A stretch of 64,000 bases of DNA from Podarcis liolepis (taxonomy: Eukaryota): assembly GCA_965112155.1 (NCBI GenBank), contig OZ218102.1. One strand, 5' to 3'. Below, in pieces: positions 1-12,859 of the stretch. Numbering within the stretch: the stretch's first letter is position 1; the number at the start of each line of letters is the position of its first letter. The notes below the pieces were generated by a model, which was not told the origin of the DNA, searched no databases, and saw only the letters and a list, made by a program, of their open reading frames with translations. Position numbers and translations under genes: made by a program.

Positions 1-177
1 CAATTGGCTCCACCTTGCTTAAATGAAAGTCCACACCGGGCTAAGATGTACAATGTCAACACTCTCTGCCTCCATCAGAAGACCAGTGTCTTTGGTTAAA
101 ATAAGTGAGCGATTCCATTTGCTCACTTTCATCCTAAGTTCTGTTTGTGCTGCATGACATCATGGCAGCAGGATGTA

Positions 178-565
178 CCGTATTTTTCACCCTATGGGAC
201 GCACTATGGGAAATGTGTGTGCGTCCTATGGGGCGAATGCAGGCTTTCGCTGAAGCCTGGAGAGCGAGAGGGGTCGGTGCGCACCCACGGCTTGCGGAGA
301 GTTGCCTGCATGCTGAAGCCTGGGCACGCTGAGCTCAGTGCGCCCAGGCTTCGCGCAGCTCTCCGCAAGGCGCAGGAACCCGGCGCCAGGCTCCCACGGC
401 TTGCGGAGAGTTGCCTGTTCTGGGGGCTGGGGTCGGGGGAAGCTCGGGCTTCCCCCGCCCCAGCCCCGCGCCAGGGGGAAAATAATTCCCCCCCCCCTTT
501 ATTTCCCCCCCAAAAAACTAGGTGCGCCTTATGGGACGGTGCGTCCTATAGGGCGAAAAATACAG
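178..565. mobile_element. Non-autonomous Tc1/mariner-pogo type MITE
   Basis: ~27-bp TIRs CCGTATTTTTCACCCTATGGGACGCAC / GTGCGTCCTATAGGGCGAAAAATACAG, TA on both sides; internal 25-bp direct repeat. Confidence 0.85.
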
Positions 566-878
566 TATTATGGCCTCAGTCAAGATTCTCTGCTGCATCC
601 TGCACGCCTCCTCAAGGCCAAAGAGTCCCTTCTCTCCTTGCACAGTGGAGCAGAAAGGCTTGCTTCAACTTGATTTGTATACTAAATCAGTAACACCATA
701 AAACCCTGAGACTGCAGGTGAGAGCTCACATGCCTGAAAGCTCGTCCAAAGAAGAGATTCCTTGTATGTAAAGCAAAACCAGGTACTTCAGAGACAGGTG
801 TTCTGATTTAGCCAGTTTTCTATGTGTGTGGGATGGGGAGTATGGAGGAGAACTGAGATTCCAGTTGGGACTCATGTA

Positions 879-1215
879 CAGTGGTGCCCCGCAAGACGAA
901 TGCCTCGCAAGACCGAAAACTCGCTAGGCAAAAGAGTTTTCCGTTTTGGAGGTACTTCGCAAAACGAATCTCCTATGGGCTTGCTTCGCAAGACGACAAT
1001 GCCTTGCGAGTTCCTGCGGGGTTTTTTTCCTCCCCCCCCCCTTTTTCTAAGCTGCTAAGCCGCTTATCAGCTGATCCGAAAAGCCGACAAGCCGCTAAAA
1101 GCCGCTAATAGCGCGAATCCGCGAATCCGTCAATGGGCTTGCTTCGCAAGACGAAAAAACCGCTAGATGAAGAGAATCACAGAACGGATTCTTTTCGTCT
1201 TGCGAGGCACCTCTG
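879..1215. mobile_element. Tigger/pogo-like MITE, family A copy 1
   Basis: TA|CAGTGGTGCCCCGCAAGACGAA ... TTCGTCTTGCGAGGCACCTCTG|TA; near-identical copy at 52253. Confidence 0.88.
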
Positions 1216-4200
1216 TAACTAGAAGTGATTCAGGTACAGCTTTACTACCTCATCTGAGAATTTGAGTCAAAAGTATTTCTATCCAAGATGCCCTAACAAC
1301 TGGTGCTGAGACTAAGTCTCTCACTCATACAGAACATGCATTATATACCCACAAGAGAAAAAAGACAATACACACACACACATACCCTACAGGTGAACGT
1401 TGTTATTTAGATCAGGAATCCCAAACTGAAGAGGGAGCTGAAGAGAAAGAAAGTTGTAACTGAAGGCTTCCAAAAATGTGAGCTTACAAGAACAACTCCG
1501 GATGTTAAACTAATGTGGGATTAACATCATTGGGTTAAGATCACACTTTAATCTAGTCCCATGATAGATTATATTATTGAAGCTCTTGCAGAAAATAGAG
1601 GTTAAATTAATGTGCCTTCAAAACTATAGTTTGCAAGAACAAACCACTAAAGAATTACTGAAGACATGGCCTACCTCTAAGGCTGCAAAATTAAAGAGGG
1701 AGGAGACAGCATGGCTGAAACTTCTAAGAACACTTTTTTACAAAATGAGTCTCTTTCTAGCAGTTCCCCATGCTTTTATTTGCCTCTGCCATAACTTGAA
1801 AAGACTTCATAATAAAATACTTCTATGGACACATCACTAGATCTCCAACTAGGCTCCATGGGTGTTACAAAACTGACTCCTTAATCATTTCTTTGGTTAG
1901 TAATTATGAAAGGTCAGCATAAAATATAATCATTAAGCATATTCATGATTATACATTTTTCATTGTTAATGCTACCATACACCTATTTCTTCGTTTTAAA
2001 TCTCAACAATCATAATTGTCTTACTAGTGCTATACTGTCACTGACAGTAGCATCCCACTAAAATAAAAAAAGCCAAGTAGAAAGGATTAGTCTTGGTTTG
2101 TTTGGCTCACTGGCTTCTCTCAGTTAGAACCATCTATTTTTCTTACATTTATACCTCACCATTCTTATCTTAGACCAGACCCGACCCAAGCCTTCTTAGC
2201 TTCAGCTTCAGACCATCACACACAATCAAGGCTCAATCAGATTTTCAAAATTGTTTGCTGATTTAAGATACCTGTTGTCTAAAAAACTTTAACAGATATA
2301 CTGCAGAACAGCAACGGAATTTTCTTAATCAACCAAGTTACATAATTTTTTGACAATACCCTGCTCCCACTTTACCTGGTGCAGTCACTTGAAGTTTGAA
2401 AGCAGTGACTGTCTTTTCATTCAAGTAAAAATGCCTTAAACAATCTTACATCATGCATTAATATATGAAAATTATGATAATAAGGCTGCAAAATTGTAGT
2501 AGAGATCAAATGAGCTCATTATGACATTCCCATCAAATGGTCTCCATAAGGACAGGGTAATTGTTCACCCACTTCGAAAACTCCTGCAGGATTCAGAAAC
2601 CTCTTTCAATTTATTTAGAGTTGTCAGACCCACTTTTTTGTTGACTACACATGGCTGCCCTGTCTATTGCACTGCATTTCTTCAAAGGGATCACAAAGAC
2701 ACTAGAGACCACATAAAATGTGGCTTCAAAGTTCTGAACAGGGTGTCCTACTTTGGTGTGAAATAATGCTGATTACAATGCTTAAAATGCAGCCCGCCAT
2801 ATGCCAAAACCTTTGCTTTTCGAAATCTCTTTTCCAAATCCACTTTGTCCAACCATCTATTACTAAATTGATTACAGCTTTAGCTACTGCTGCCCTTCCT
2901 CCTCACCCTTTAACCATCTGTGCAGATTCTGCCCAATTTAAAAAACGTCTACTGAGGAACAGGCTAAACACATCTTCAGTGCTCTAGCTCTTAAAGATAT
3001 GAAAGCACCACCACCTCTCTAAAAAGACAACACCAAATGATATCTTAAAAGTCATGCATGTGACTTCAGACAAAAAGCACCCTTTCACAAGCAGGAAAAA
3101 AGAGAACCTATTTTCAGTATTTTATTACTTGGAAATCCCACAACCTACCAGTGAGCAAACATGAAAATACTGATACCCAGCTATTCTTTTAAAACATTAA
3201 AAGAAGTCAAGGGTCATCTAGCCTGTAACACAACCTGAAACATTTTACTACCATTTTGACCATTCAAAAATGAAGTAAAGAACTATTTGAAGTAATCATC
3301 ACAGCCCTCTGCTTTTTATTCTGGGACAATTAATGAACAAGAATTCACAAAGAGTCAATCAACTCCTTGCAGAGATTTATCACGGATTACAAACCGATTT
3401 GATTAGTTAAGCCTAGCTCTTTCAGAAAATGGGCTGAGCAGCCAAGTAAATATTTGCCAACATGTATAGTAGCTGCCTTTGCTACTAGTTCTGTTTATTT
3501 CTGTTTGCCTCTTGCTATCACAACTCAGGTGATTAAAATTTGATCTCACTAAAAACATTGTGTAAAAATAACTGCTCAGTCATAAACAAGTTGGCAAGTT
3601 CTTCAATCTTCCAAGCCATGACTTGGAGAATTGGGAGTAAGTCCTGTGCTCTTGCACTTGGGGTTAACAGAATATTTCCTGGTTTGATGAAGACACAATT
3701 TGCCGCCAAATTAACAAATTGTAGTTTGAGTGAGTCCTCTAAACTAGGATCAAACTGAGGTTTGCAGACCATAGTTTGCCAATTTGGAATTAAACAGCAA
3801 AGTGTGATTTAATCAAAGCAGAAAATATTACATTAAGCCTAGAAATGCAGATCATGGCTATTTCCCCATGTCTCACTGTAAACGCTTTAAAAGCAGCAGT
3901 TGGAACACAATATATTTTTCTATTACCTTAGCCTTTTTACTTTAAAATAAAAATATCCTAGCGTGTTTTAAATTCTCTTTTACTGTAAGCTCCCTTGGAG
4001 ACTGTTAAGAAGAATATAAATATTTTAAATAAGCCAAACTTTTCCTGCCTCCAATATGTTGTTCAATTCTTGAACAATTAGAATGGATGGGAACTGGGTG
4101 ACAGCTAGTATTCCCACAAACTACTGTAAAAGTACAATGAGCCTCAATGAAGACAATAGAGAACAAATGGACTATTGTTTATCATTCTAACCAGCTAATC

Positions 4201-4639
4201 ATTCATTGCAATTAGGATTTTATACAGATGCTTTCTATCATGTGCCTATGAGAAGTGTTCTTTCAGAATTGCTTCTTGTTGCTATACTGTTTTAAATGCC
4301 TGTTAAAAACTTTATACCCAGAAATGTAATTTAGTTGCACAAGCTTGATTTAAAATTCTGGCTGACTTTACTGGTGTATGTTTTACCATCGTTTTATATT
4401 ATTTTATGTGTTATCACTTAAGAGCTCTTGCAAAGCATGGTATAGGTGATTGTAAAAATAAAATAAAGGCTAGAAACATTTCCCAAAGAGAGTAGCCTTG
4501 TTTGATATGAAGATCAATTTCAGAGCCGGTATGAAGGGTAAAGGAGTTGGATGTGGAACAAATACCTGCCAAGTTATCAACCTGCGATGTATGAAAACAG
4601 GGACATTTCTAGTAAATCATGATGGAAGACACAGATCCA

Positions 4640-4970
4640 CCAGAACCGCCTCTTTCCATATGAGCCTAACTGGAACCTTATTTTATCTTCTGAGGTCCAG
4701 AGGATGGCAACACAAGAACAGGCCTTCTCTGCAGTGACTTTCCATTTGTGGAATGCTCTCCCCAGGGAAGTTTGCCTGGGACCTTCATTATACACCTTTA
4801 GGTGCCAAGCAAAAACGTTCCCTTTTTTTAAACCAGGCCTTTGGTTGAGCCGATTTACATCCTATGCCTTTTTAAAATGTGTGTTGTTGTTTTTGGCGGG
4901 GGAGGGGGGGCTATTGGGTTGTTCTTTTTATTTTTATTAGGTATTTTGTCGTTTTACATCTTGATTTTAT
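4640..4970 (+). mobile_element. Degenerate L2 3' fragment
   Basis: QAFSAVTFHLWNALPREV...TFRCQAKTF matches the L2 ORF2 C-terminal pattern. Confidence 0.65.
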
Positions 4971-5699
4971 TCTAATAATAACCTTAGTCTTCTTATTTTC
5001 AACTACATGGTTAGGATAAAAAAGGTTAAGCTATCTGTGACACAGCAGCTGAGACAAAAAGGGATATCCTCAAGTTAATTGTTAAGTATTTAACCTGACA
5101 GGGCTATGTTATGACATATTTTGAAAACAATCAAGCTTACTACTGGTAACCAAGTGGTAAAAGGAGTGTAACCTCAGTTTAATTTAACTTATGGTAAGGC
5201 AGCACAGGGTCTTGACTCCCTGAACCAGCAATACACAGGTTAACAGCACTGTGTGGCTGTCTAGCCACAACCTTGTTTTGAGTCCACTCATCCATGGGTC
5301 AGTGAAGGCTATATTTGCCTTGGAAATACAGAGAACAACACTGAACACATGGTTCTGATGAACTAAGATCTTTTAACTTTTAAAACATTACTAAGATTAT
5401 TTATTTTCTATATTTATCATCCAACTTTCTCCAACAAGCTCAAGGCAGCATCCGTAGCTCTTCCCACTTCATTTCATCCTCCCAATAACCCTGTAAAATA
5501 GGTTAGGCTGAAAGGACAGTGACTGGAGGGTGGAGGAAAAATGAAGTCAAATAACCTGATATGAGAAATCAGCAAAGAGCCTACAAGGTGGAAGAGACAT
5601 TGGAGGTCACCTAGTTCAACCTTCCCGCACAAAGTACAACGTAACTGATAGATGCCATCCAGCCTCTGCTTTAATATCTCTGGAGAAGGTAAAGAGGAA

Positions 5700-5978
5700 T
5701 GGTAAAGGACCCCTGGGCAGCTAATTCGACTATGGGGTGAGGCGCTCATCTCCGCTTAGTTTCAGGCCAAAGGGAGATGGCGTTTGTCTGCAGACAGCTT
5801 TTCTGGGACATGTGGCCAGAATGACTAAACCACTTCTGGCACAAAGGGACACCGTGAAGAGTGCCAGAGTGCACGGAAATGCCATTTACCTTCCCTTCAC
5901 AGTGGTACCTATTTATCTACTCGTGCTGGTATGCTTTTGAATTGCTACGTTGGCAGGAGCTGGGACAGAGCAATGGGA
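5700..5978 (-). mobile_element. Older 5'-truncated Sauria SINE
   Basis: GGTAAAGGACCCCTG...GTGGTACCTATTTATCTAC...GGCAGGAGCTGGGACAGAGCAA matches the family body. Confidence 0.8.
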
Positions 5979-6249
5979 GGACAGCCCACCAGCTCTGCAG
6001 GAAGTCTGCTCCTTTACTGAGCTGCTCTTGCCGTTAGGATGTTTCTCCTAATGTTGAGCCAAAATCTGCTTCCCTGCAAATACCATCTTATCACAACCAG
6101 ATGATCATAAACAATGATTAAAAGCTTAGAAAATAAAGCTGTGCATACAGCTGCTTTCTTTCAGTCAGGAAAACTGTAGAACAGGGTCATCCCAGGACCT
6201 TGGTACTATCCACTTTTACAATCTTACAGTGGCAGCAGCAATAAACAGC

Positions 6250-6499
6250 CATCGTGAAGCTGAGGCTCCAATACTTTGGCCACCTCATGAGAAGAGAAGA
6301 CTCCCTGGAAAAGACCCTGATGTTAGGAAAGATTGAGGGCACAAGGAGAAGGGGGTGACAGAGGATGAGATGGTTGGACAGTGTTCTCGAAGCTACCAGC
6401 AGGAGTCTGACCAAACTGCGGGAGGCAGTAGAAGACAGGAGCGCCTGGCGTGCTCTGGTCCAGGGGGTCACGAAGAGTCGCACACGACTAAACAACAAT
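6250..6499 (+). mobile_element. BovB (RTE LINE) 3' fragment
   Basis: KLRLQYFGHLMRREDSLEKTLMLGKIEG...RWLD...GGGGTCACGAAGAGTCG..ACGACT plus (CAA)n tail. Confidence 0.9.
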
Positions 6500-6819
6500 A
6501 GATTCCATGAAAGGTCCATGTATGCCACATACTTTGTTCCCCATTTGTTAACTCGCAATGCAGATGAATAGCTTCACACTGTAACAGCCCTACTGGGCTT
6601 GATCTATGTACTATCCAGCAATAACCTTGCAAACAAGTCCACTAGAATAACATGCCTAGATTTCATTAGAGCACACATACCTATTTGTTAGACATTTGTG
6701 GCCTAGAAAAAGCCAAAGTGGGAAGCACACTGGGGCTAGAAATCCTAATTTCACATATGGGGTCTGAACCAGCTGTGACTGACCAGGAAAACCACCTTGG
6801 TCACCTCTCTTCAAAAATG

Positions 6820-7370
6820 ACATTGCAGAGCTGGAAAAGGTTCAGAAAACAGAGTAACTCTCCTATGAGAAAATGTTACAACATTTGGAGTGTATTAGTT
6901 TAAAAAGAAAGGGCAAGTAAGGCAGGGGGCATGACTGAGATGTACAAGATTATGCATAACGTAGAGGAAGTGGACAGGGAAAAATTTCTGTCCCTCTCTC
7001 ATAAAACTAAAACTCAGGGACATCCAATGAAGCTAAATGTTGGGAGACTCAGGATAGACAAAAAGAGGGACCTCTTCACACAGGGCTTAGCTAAAACTAT
7101 GGGATTCACTCCCACAAGAGGCAGTAAAGGCCCCCAATATGGGTGGCTTTAAAGGGGGATTAGATAATTCATGGAGCACAAGGCTATCAATGGCTACTAG
7201 ACTGGCCACAATGGCTGTATTCTACCTCCATTGCCAGATGCAGTATGACATGGAGCACCAGTTGTTGGGAACAATGGTGGGGAGACTGCTGTTGCACTCA
7301 GGTCCTAGAATAAAATGCTGGACAAGATGGGACTTGGACCTGATCCAGCAAGGCTCTTCTTATGTTCTTA
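6820..7370 (+). mobile_element. CR1 LINE 3' fragment
   Basis: Degenerate ORF2 C-terminus (GMTEMYKIMHNVEEVDREKFLSLSHKTKTQGHPMKL) and 3' UTR; related pieces at 40300-40570 and 43430-44010. Confidence 0.75.
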
Positions 7371-8006
7371 GCGCTTCTCTGCCTGAAGGTAATTCTTCCT
7401 TCACATAAGTGGCCACATGAACAACCATTTTACAAAGACGATCTATAGCGCAGTCTAACTGCTTTGAGCTGCCTAAAGGGTTTCAAAGCAGATACATGTT
7501 TTAAGTAAGGCCTGCATTCTGGCTTCATCCAATGGAGGCAACTATGCAACACTTCATTCACTACAATATGTTGAATCCTGCATTTCTGCTACTGCATGGG
7601 GTGTACTATACAGAACCAACAAGGTTTCAATCTACATTGGGAACTTTCTTTTTAAAGATTGAGGCTAGGGATTGACAAGGAAGTAGTAAAAATGAGGGTA
7701 AGAGGCTTAAATGTAAACTGACAGGGAATAGAATTAAGAGACGTTTTTGCACGGAAATGCATTAGATTAACAGTTGTTTTAGGTAAGTGTCTGATGACAT
7801 TCAGACCATCTATTTATTCATTTAAATCTTACTAAACATCTCTCAACTCTATCTCCAAATAAACTTTTTAAAAGGAGCAGATGCTACAGCTAACTATTGT
7901 TCCTTATATTTTACTGCATCTTAAGGGCTTGTTTACATTTTATATTTCTGCCCAGGAAAGTTTCATTTCATTAAATGTGCCCCCTTAGTTTTATCCCACT
8001 GTCAGC

Positions 8007-8008
8007 AT

Positions 8009-8039
<31 letters not shown>

Positions 8040-8040
8040 T
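8007..8040. repeat. (ATTT)n microsatellite
   Basis: About 8 ATTT units. Confidence 0.9.
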
Positions 8041-10419
8041 GTATTGCAGTCTCCAATATTGCAAAACCCTCATAAATAGAAAGGTTGGAACAAGATCTTG
8101 TAAGCAAACAATTCCTACTCCAGCAGCTAATTTTCTTCATGCAGAATAATATTCTGCTTTATACTTCAGATCTATACAGTATAAGCACCTGACATACAAT
8201 GTTATCAGCCCTGTGCATCACTTTATGTGGCACCTCACAGCTCTGGTTTTCTAACAGAAGAGTGTAAGGGGCAAAAGCTGGTGAAAGGACTAGATGCCAC
8301 CGATCTTCTCAAAGGTGCTAAATAAAAGCTGTTTCCAGCCTTACTTCACAATTGGCAGCACTAATGACAGCTGACATTTTAAATATGGAGAAGGGATTGG
8401 GGTGAGTACGCAACATTATTGCCTGTCCCAAACAGCATGGAGAATGGAAAAACGTAAGCAATTATTGATTATGAATGAGAACAGACAGGAATGGATTTTA
8501 AACTGTACTGCATTGTGCTGTGAACCACAAGTGCTAAACCACAGCCGAGCATCTTAAGAAAGCAGAATAAGTCAGACAATCTACATCTCCAGCCTAAATA
8601 CAGAAAGTTTACTTTTAAGCAAGTATGCCCAGGGCTTAGAGCTGTGGGCTCACTTAATTTGTTTCTAAGCTTCCGAGGCCATGTGCCATATTCCCATTTT
8701 GAAACTGCGGTAGTCATTAAGAGCATGAGCTATGAACCGGAAAGTCCCCAGATCAAATCACAGCTCAGCCAGCTCAACTCACTAGGTGGCCTTAGGCAAG
8801 CCTCTCTCTCTCAGCTTCACCCCTCATCAGTAATAGGGGAATAAGACTTCTAGCCCAACTTACAGGGTTGATGGCATTACTGAGAATGTATCCGAGCACT
8901 TGGAGGAAAGCAGGACTGTTGGCTTTTATCCAAAGAAATATGATTTGTAGTACTTTAAAAACAGTATTACATTTCTCAAATATTATTTTTAGCCAGGTTT
9001 TTTAAAATCCCTTAAAAATCAAGTATACCACAACAAATATATGATTGGTTCTACTATCTTCACAATGTCTGCAGTATTCTTAACATGGAAATATGTCGTA
9101 CAGCATTCCAGCTGAGGAAATCTGGTCTGTACACCCTATTATTCACAGCTTACACCCTACTATTCACAACTTAATGCTGACCCATCCCAAGATCACTCTG
9201 CAGGTCCACAGGCAGACTTTTGAACCCAGGCCCCACAGATTTCACATCCAGAAATCTTTCAGCTTAATCTTTTTCTGCTAGCAAACCTGTTTCAAACCAC
9301 ACAAATTTTGCAAAAAGTTGTATCAGAATCAAGTTTGCAGCCACAGATGGTAACATCTGAATTCATCTAACAATGGAGATTAAGACGTTTCACAATGATG
9401 ACTCATAGTATTTGTATTTATAATAAACACTTCTAGACATAGTCACATGTCAAATGATGCAAAATAAACACTGTACTTCCATTCACTAAATTCCCCCCCC
9501 CTTTCTTGGCTATTTGACTATTCATCTGGGTTCATCTGCATTCTGTTTATCCCACATAGTCCAGTTTGACAGCTTGTTCTCATTTAGACAGACCTGTAAA
9601 TACTTAATCTACTTTGAATTATTCTACCCATCCTAAATACAGGCTGCCACAATTGGGCTCCATTTGCTTGTGTAAGCGTACTATGAAATTGGCAGTTACC
9701 AGGCCGTCAAGCCCATATTTAGAGTGGAATTTTCAACCGTACAACGAACAAATACACATTCATGCGACAGCATTTTTTGCAGAGTGAAAGAGGTCCTACC
9801 CAGTCCCCAGGCTCCAAGTCTTCACTACCCCACAATAAAAAAGTGCCCTGCTTTTTCAATTCCTCACAGATCCCTGGGTCTACCTCTACCGGTGCCCACC
9901 CTAGATGCCACCCTCGAAATGCTGCCATCTATTCTCCAGCAGGTTCTCCCAGCCTACAGGGGCCCATGAAATACCCTCTTAAGTCGGGTTAGGGGGAGAA
10001 GAGGGAAGCGTTCCAGATGGTGGACTATTCCACTGTGGGGGTTTTCCTATTCCTCAGGGACTCCCTAATTCTCCAGGGATCAAGACCATTATTCACCACC
10101 ACCCATTATGCTTTCAAAATTATTTTGAATCATTTCGATTTGTGGAGGAGGGAGTGGCAGTTGCACACCATATTTCACACTCATACGGTAGAAAAGAAGG
10201 AAACTTTACAGTCCTCAGCTGAATCAAAGCCTTCGTGTGTGCAACTGCTCATATTAATCATTTGTCAGCTAAAGCTCTCCTTCTCCCCTCAATCAAGTTT
10301 AGATTGTAAGGCTCCTTGGGGCAGGGACCTGCCTTTTGCACCTCTCTCTCTGTACGTATAACCAAACTGATGGTGCTATGTTGCCATCTTGGGGGTCCCT
10401 TTGAACAGAAAGGCAGGTT

Positions 10420-10737
10420 AGAACCTCTGTCACATGGAAGAAGGAACAAGCTTGTTTTTTCCTGCCCTGCTGGACGGTAGGATTCGAAACAAATTACTTC
10501 AGGTTACCAGAAAGGAGATTCTGATCCAACATCAGGAAATTTTTTCCAACAGTAAAAGCTATTTGACAGTGGAACGGTCTCCTTCAGGAGGTTGTGGACT
10601 CTCCTTCCTTGGAGGTTGTTAAGCAGAGGTTGGATGGCCACATGTCATATATGATCTAGCTAAGATTCCTGCCTTGCAGGGGGTTGTACTAGATGACCCT
10701 TGGGGTTCCTTCCAACTCTACAATTCTATGATTCTAA
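10420..10737 (+). mobile_element. CR1 LINE 3' fragment
   Basis: ...CCTTCCTTGGAGGT..TTAAGCAGAGGTTGGATGGCCA...CCTTCCAACTCTACAATTCTATGATTCT. Confidence 0.8.
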
Positions 10738-11584
10738 GTGTTTTTAATAAATCTAATATCTAAGCTAAACAAACATTTTTCCCCATTCTACTTTTGCAGG
10801 ACCATTTTCTCATTTTCTGTGATCCCAGATGTATAATATTTCATAAATAACACCACATAATACATTCAACTCACTTTGGCATCCAGTGCAGGTGGTTTGT
10901 AATATACAAATGCTTGTATTACAGATACAAAATCCACACATAAGCGGCCCACAACGTACGCATATTTACTCAGAGATCAGTCTATTGACTTCACATGAGG
11001 CTTACTCCCCAGTAAGTGTTTTGAAGACTGCAATCATAACAACACCTATCTGAAATTAACCTCGATACTGGTAACTGCATTTATTTGCAAACATCCCAAT
11101 TCATGCAAACTGGCATGAAACAATTCACTAATCCACACCATTTTTGTGGAATAGCAGGGCAATGTTTACTTAGAAGTAAGTCCCAGGGAGATCAATTGGA
11201 CATACTCCCCAGTAAATAGGGTTCTAGCAGCCTTACCAGGGTGGTCTACAGTTATGGCTGTGCATTTTGACCAGCACTGGGAAGCATCCTTGGCTCTTGG
11301 GGCTCACCAGCACAGACACACACACAACCCAACTAGGAAGGAAGGAAGGAAGGCAGCCTTCGCCTTGCTCCCACACTCTGGTTAGAGTTACAAAGCAGCC
11401 TTTCTGGCATCATGGTTAAGGGTGTCGGATGAAGACCTGGGAGTACAAATCCCTACTCAGGGATGAAGCTCAATGAGTGACCTTAGGTGCCAGTCACTCT
11501 CAGTCCGACCCCCCTCACAGGATTGTTGTGAGGATAAAATGGGGAAGGGGAGAACTCTACACACCACACTGAGCTCCTAGGAGG

Positions 11585-12105
11585 AATCACAGAATTGTAG
11601 GATTGGAAAGGACCTCAAGGGGCATCTAGTCCAACCCAATGCAATACCGCTAAATAATCCCTGGCAAATGATCATCCAACCTCTGCTTAAAAACCTCCAG
11701 GGAAAGAGAGAGAGAGTCCATTCTACTGCCGAACAGCTCTTACCATCAGAAAGTCCTTCCTAATGTTTTTGCTCCATGTTCCATGTGACCCCTTCAGATA
11801 CTTGAAGATGGCTATCATATGTCCTCTCTGTCTACTCTCCCTCAGGCTAACACATACTCAACTCCCTTAACTGTTCTTACAAGGCTTGGTTTCCAGACCC
11901 TTGATCATCTGGGTCACCTTCCTTTGCACATGTTGCAGCTTGTCAACAACCTTCTTAAATTGTGGTGGCCAGAACTGGACACGTTACTCCAGGTGGGGTC
12001 TGAGGTTGAATAGAGAAGGACTACAACTGGCCTTGATCTGGACACTGTAACTTCTGTTGATGCAGCCTAGAATCGCATTAGCTTTTTTAGCTGCTGCATC
12101 ACACT
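11585..12105 (-). mobile_element. CR1 LINE 3' fragment
   Basis: Reverse-strand CR1 tail and ORF2 end (CCAGAACTGGACAC..TACTCCAGGTG). Confidence 0.75.
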
Positions 12106-12859
12106 GGAAAGAAAGGATAGAAAAACTGAGAGAGCCAGTGTGTTGCAGTAGTTAAGGAGTGTCAGACTAGGACCTGGGAGAGAGCAGGGTTCGAATCCCC
12201 ACTCGGCCATGAAGTTCACTGGGTGGCCTTGGATGCCAGCCAGCCACTGCCTCCCTCTGCCCAACCCACCCCCACTGGGTTGTGGTGGGGGTTAACTGAA
12301 GAGGCAGGGAGGGGGGAAAACAATACACACTGCCCTTGAGTCATAGAATCATAGACTTCTAAAGTTGGAAGGGGTCCCGAGGATCATCTAGTCCAACCCC
12401 CCCTGCAACGCAGGAATCTTTTGCCCAACGTGGGGCTCAAACCAATGACCCTGACCCCCGACTGACCTATCATGAAACCCACAGAGGAAAAATATGGGAT
12501 ATATTTGTAATGGCGGATCCTAATCTGTGGTCCAGAGAACAGGTGGAGCCAAATCCAGAATAGCCAGAGACGCATGGGGCGAAGACCTGGGTTCGAGTCC
12601 CGTCCTCCCACTCAGCCATGAAGCTCACTGAGTGTCACGGGGGGGGGGGGAGGCAACCACTGCCTCTCTCAGCCTAGCCCACCTCACAGGGGCGTTGTGG
12701 AGATGGAAGGAGGAGGGCGGGGAGAGGAAACCATGTATGCCCAACGTCGGATTAAAAGGCGGGCTATGAACGCGACCAATGAAGCAGTCCGACCAATAAA
12801 ATAAATAGGTGGAGGGGCGCAAAGGGGGCCGTTTGGGCCAGCGCCCCTGGAGGAGACCC

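Noticed and set aside
3533-3772. 79-aa minus-strand ORF as LRCH3 exon 2 or a nested gene
   Set aside because: No LRR pattern (expected DLSRNRL...) and no recognisable homology; I could not find LRCH3 exon 2 in the window.
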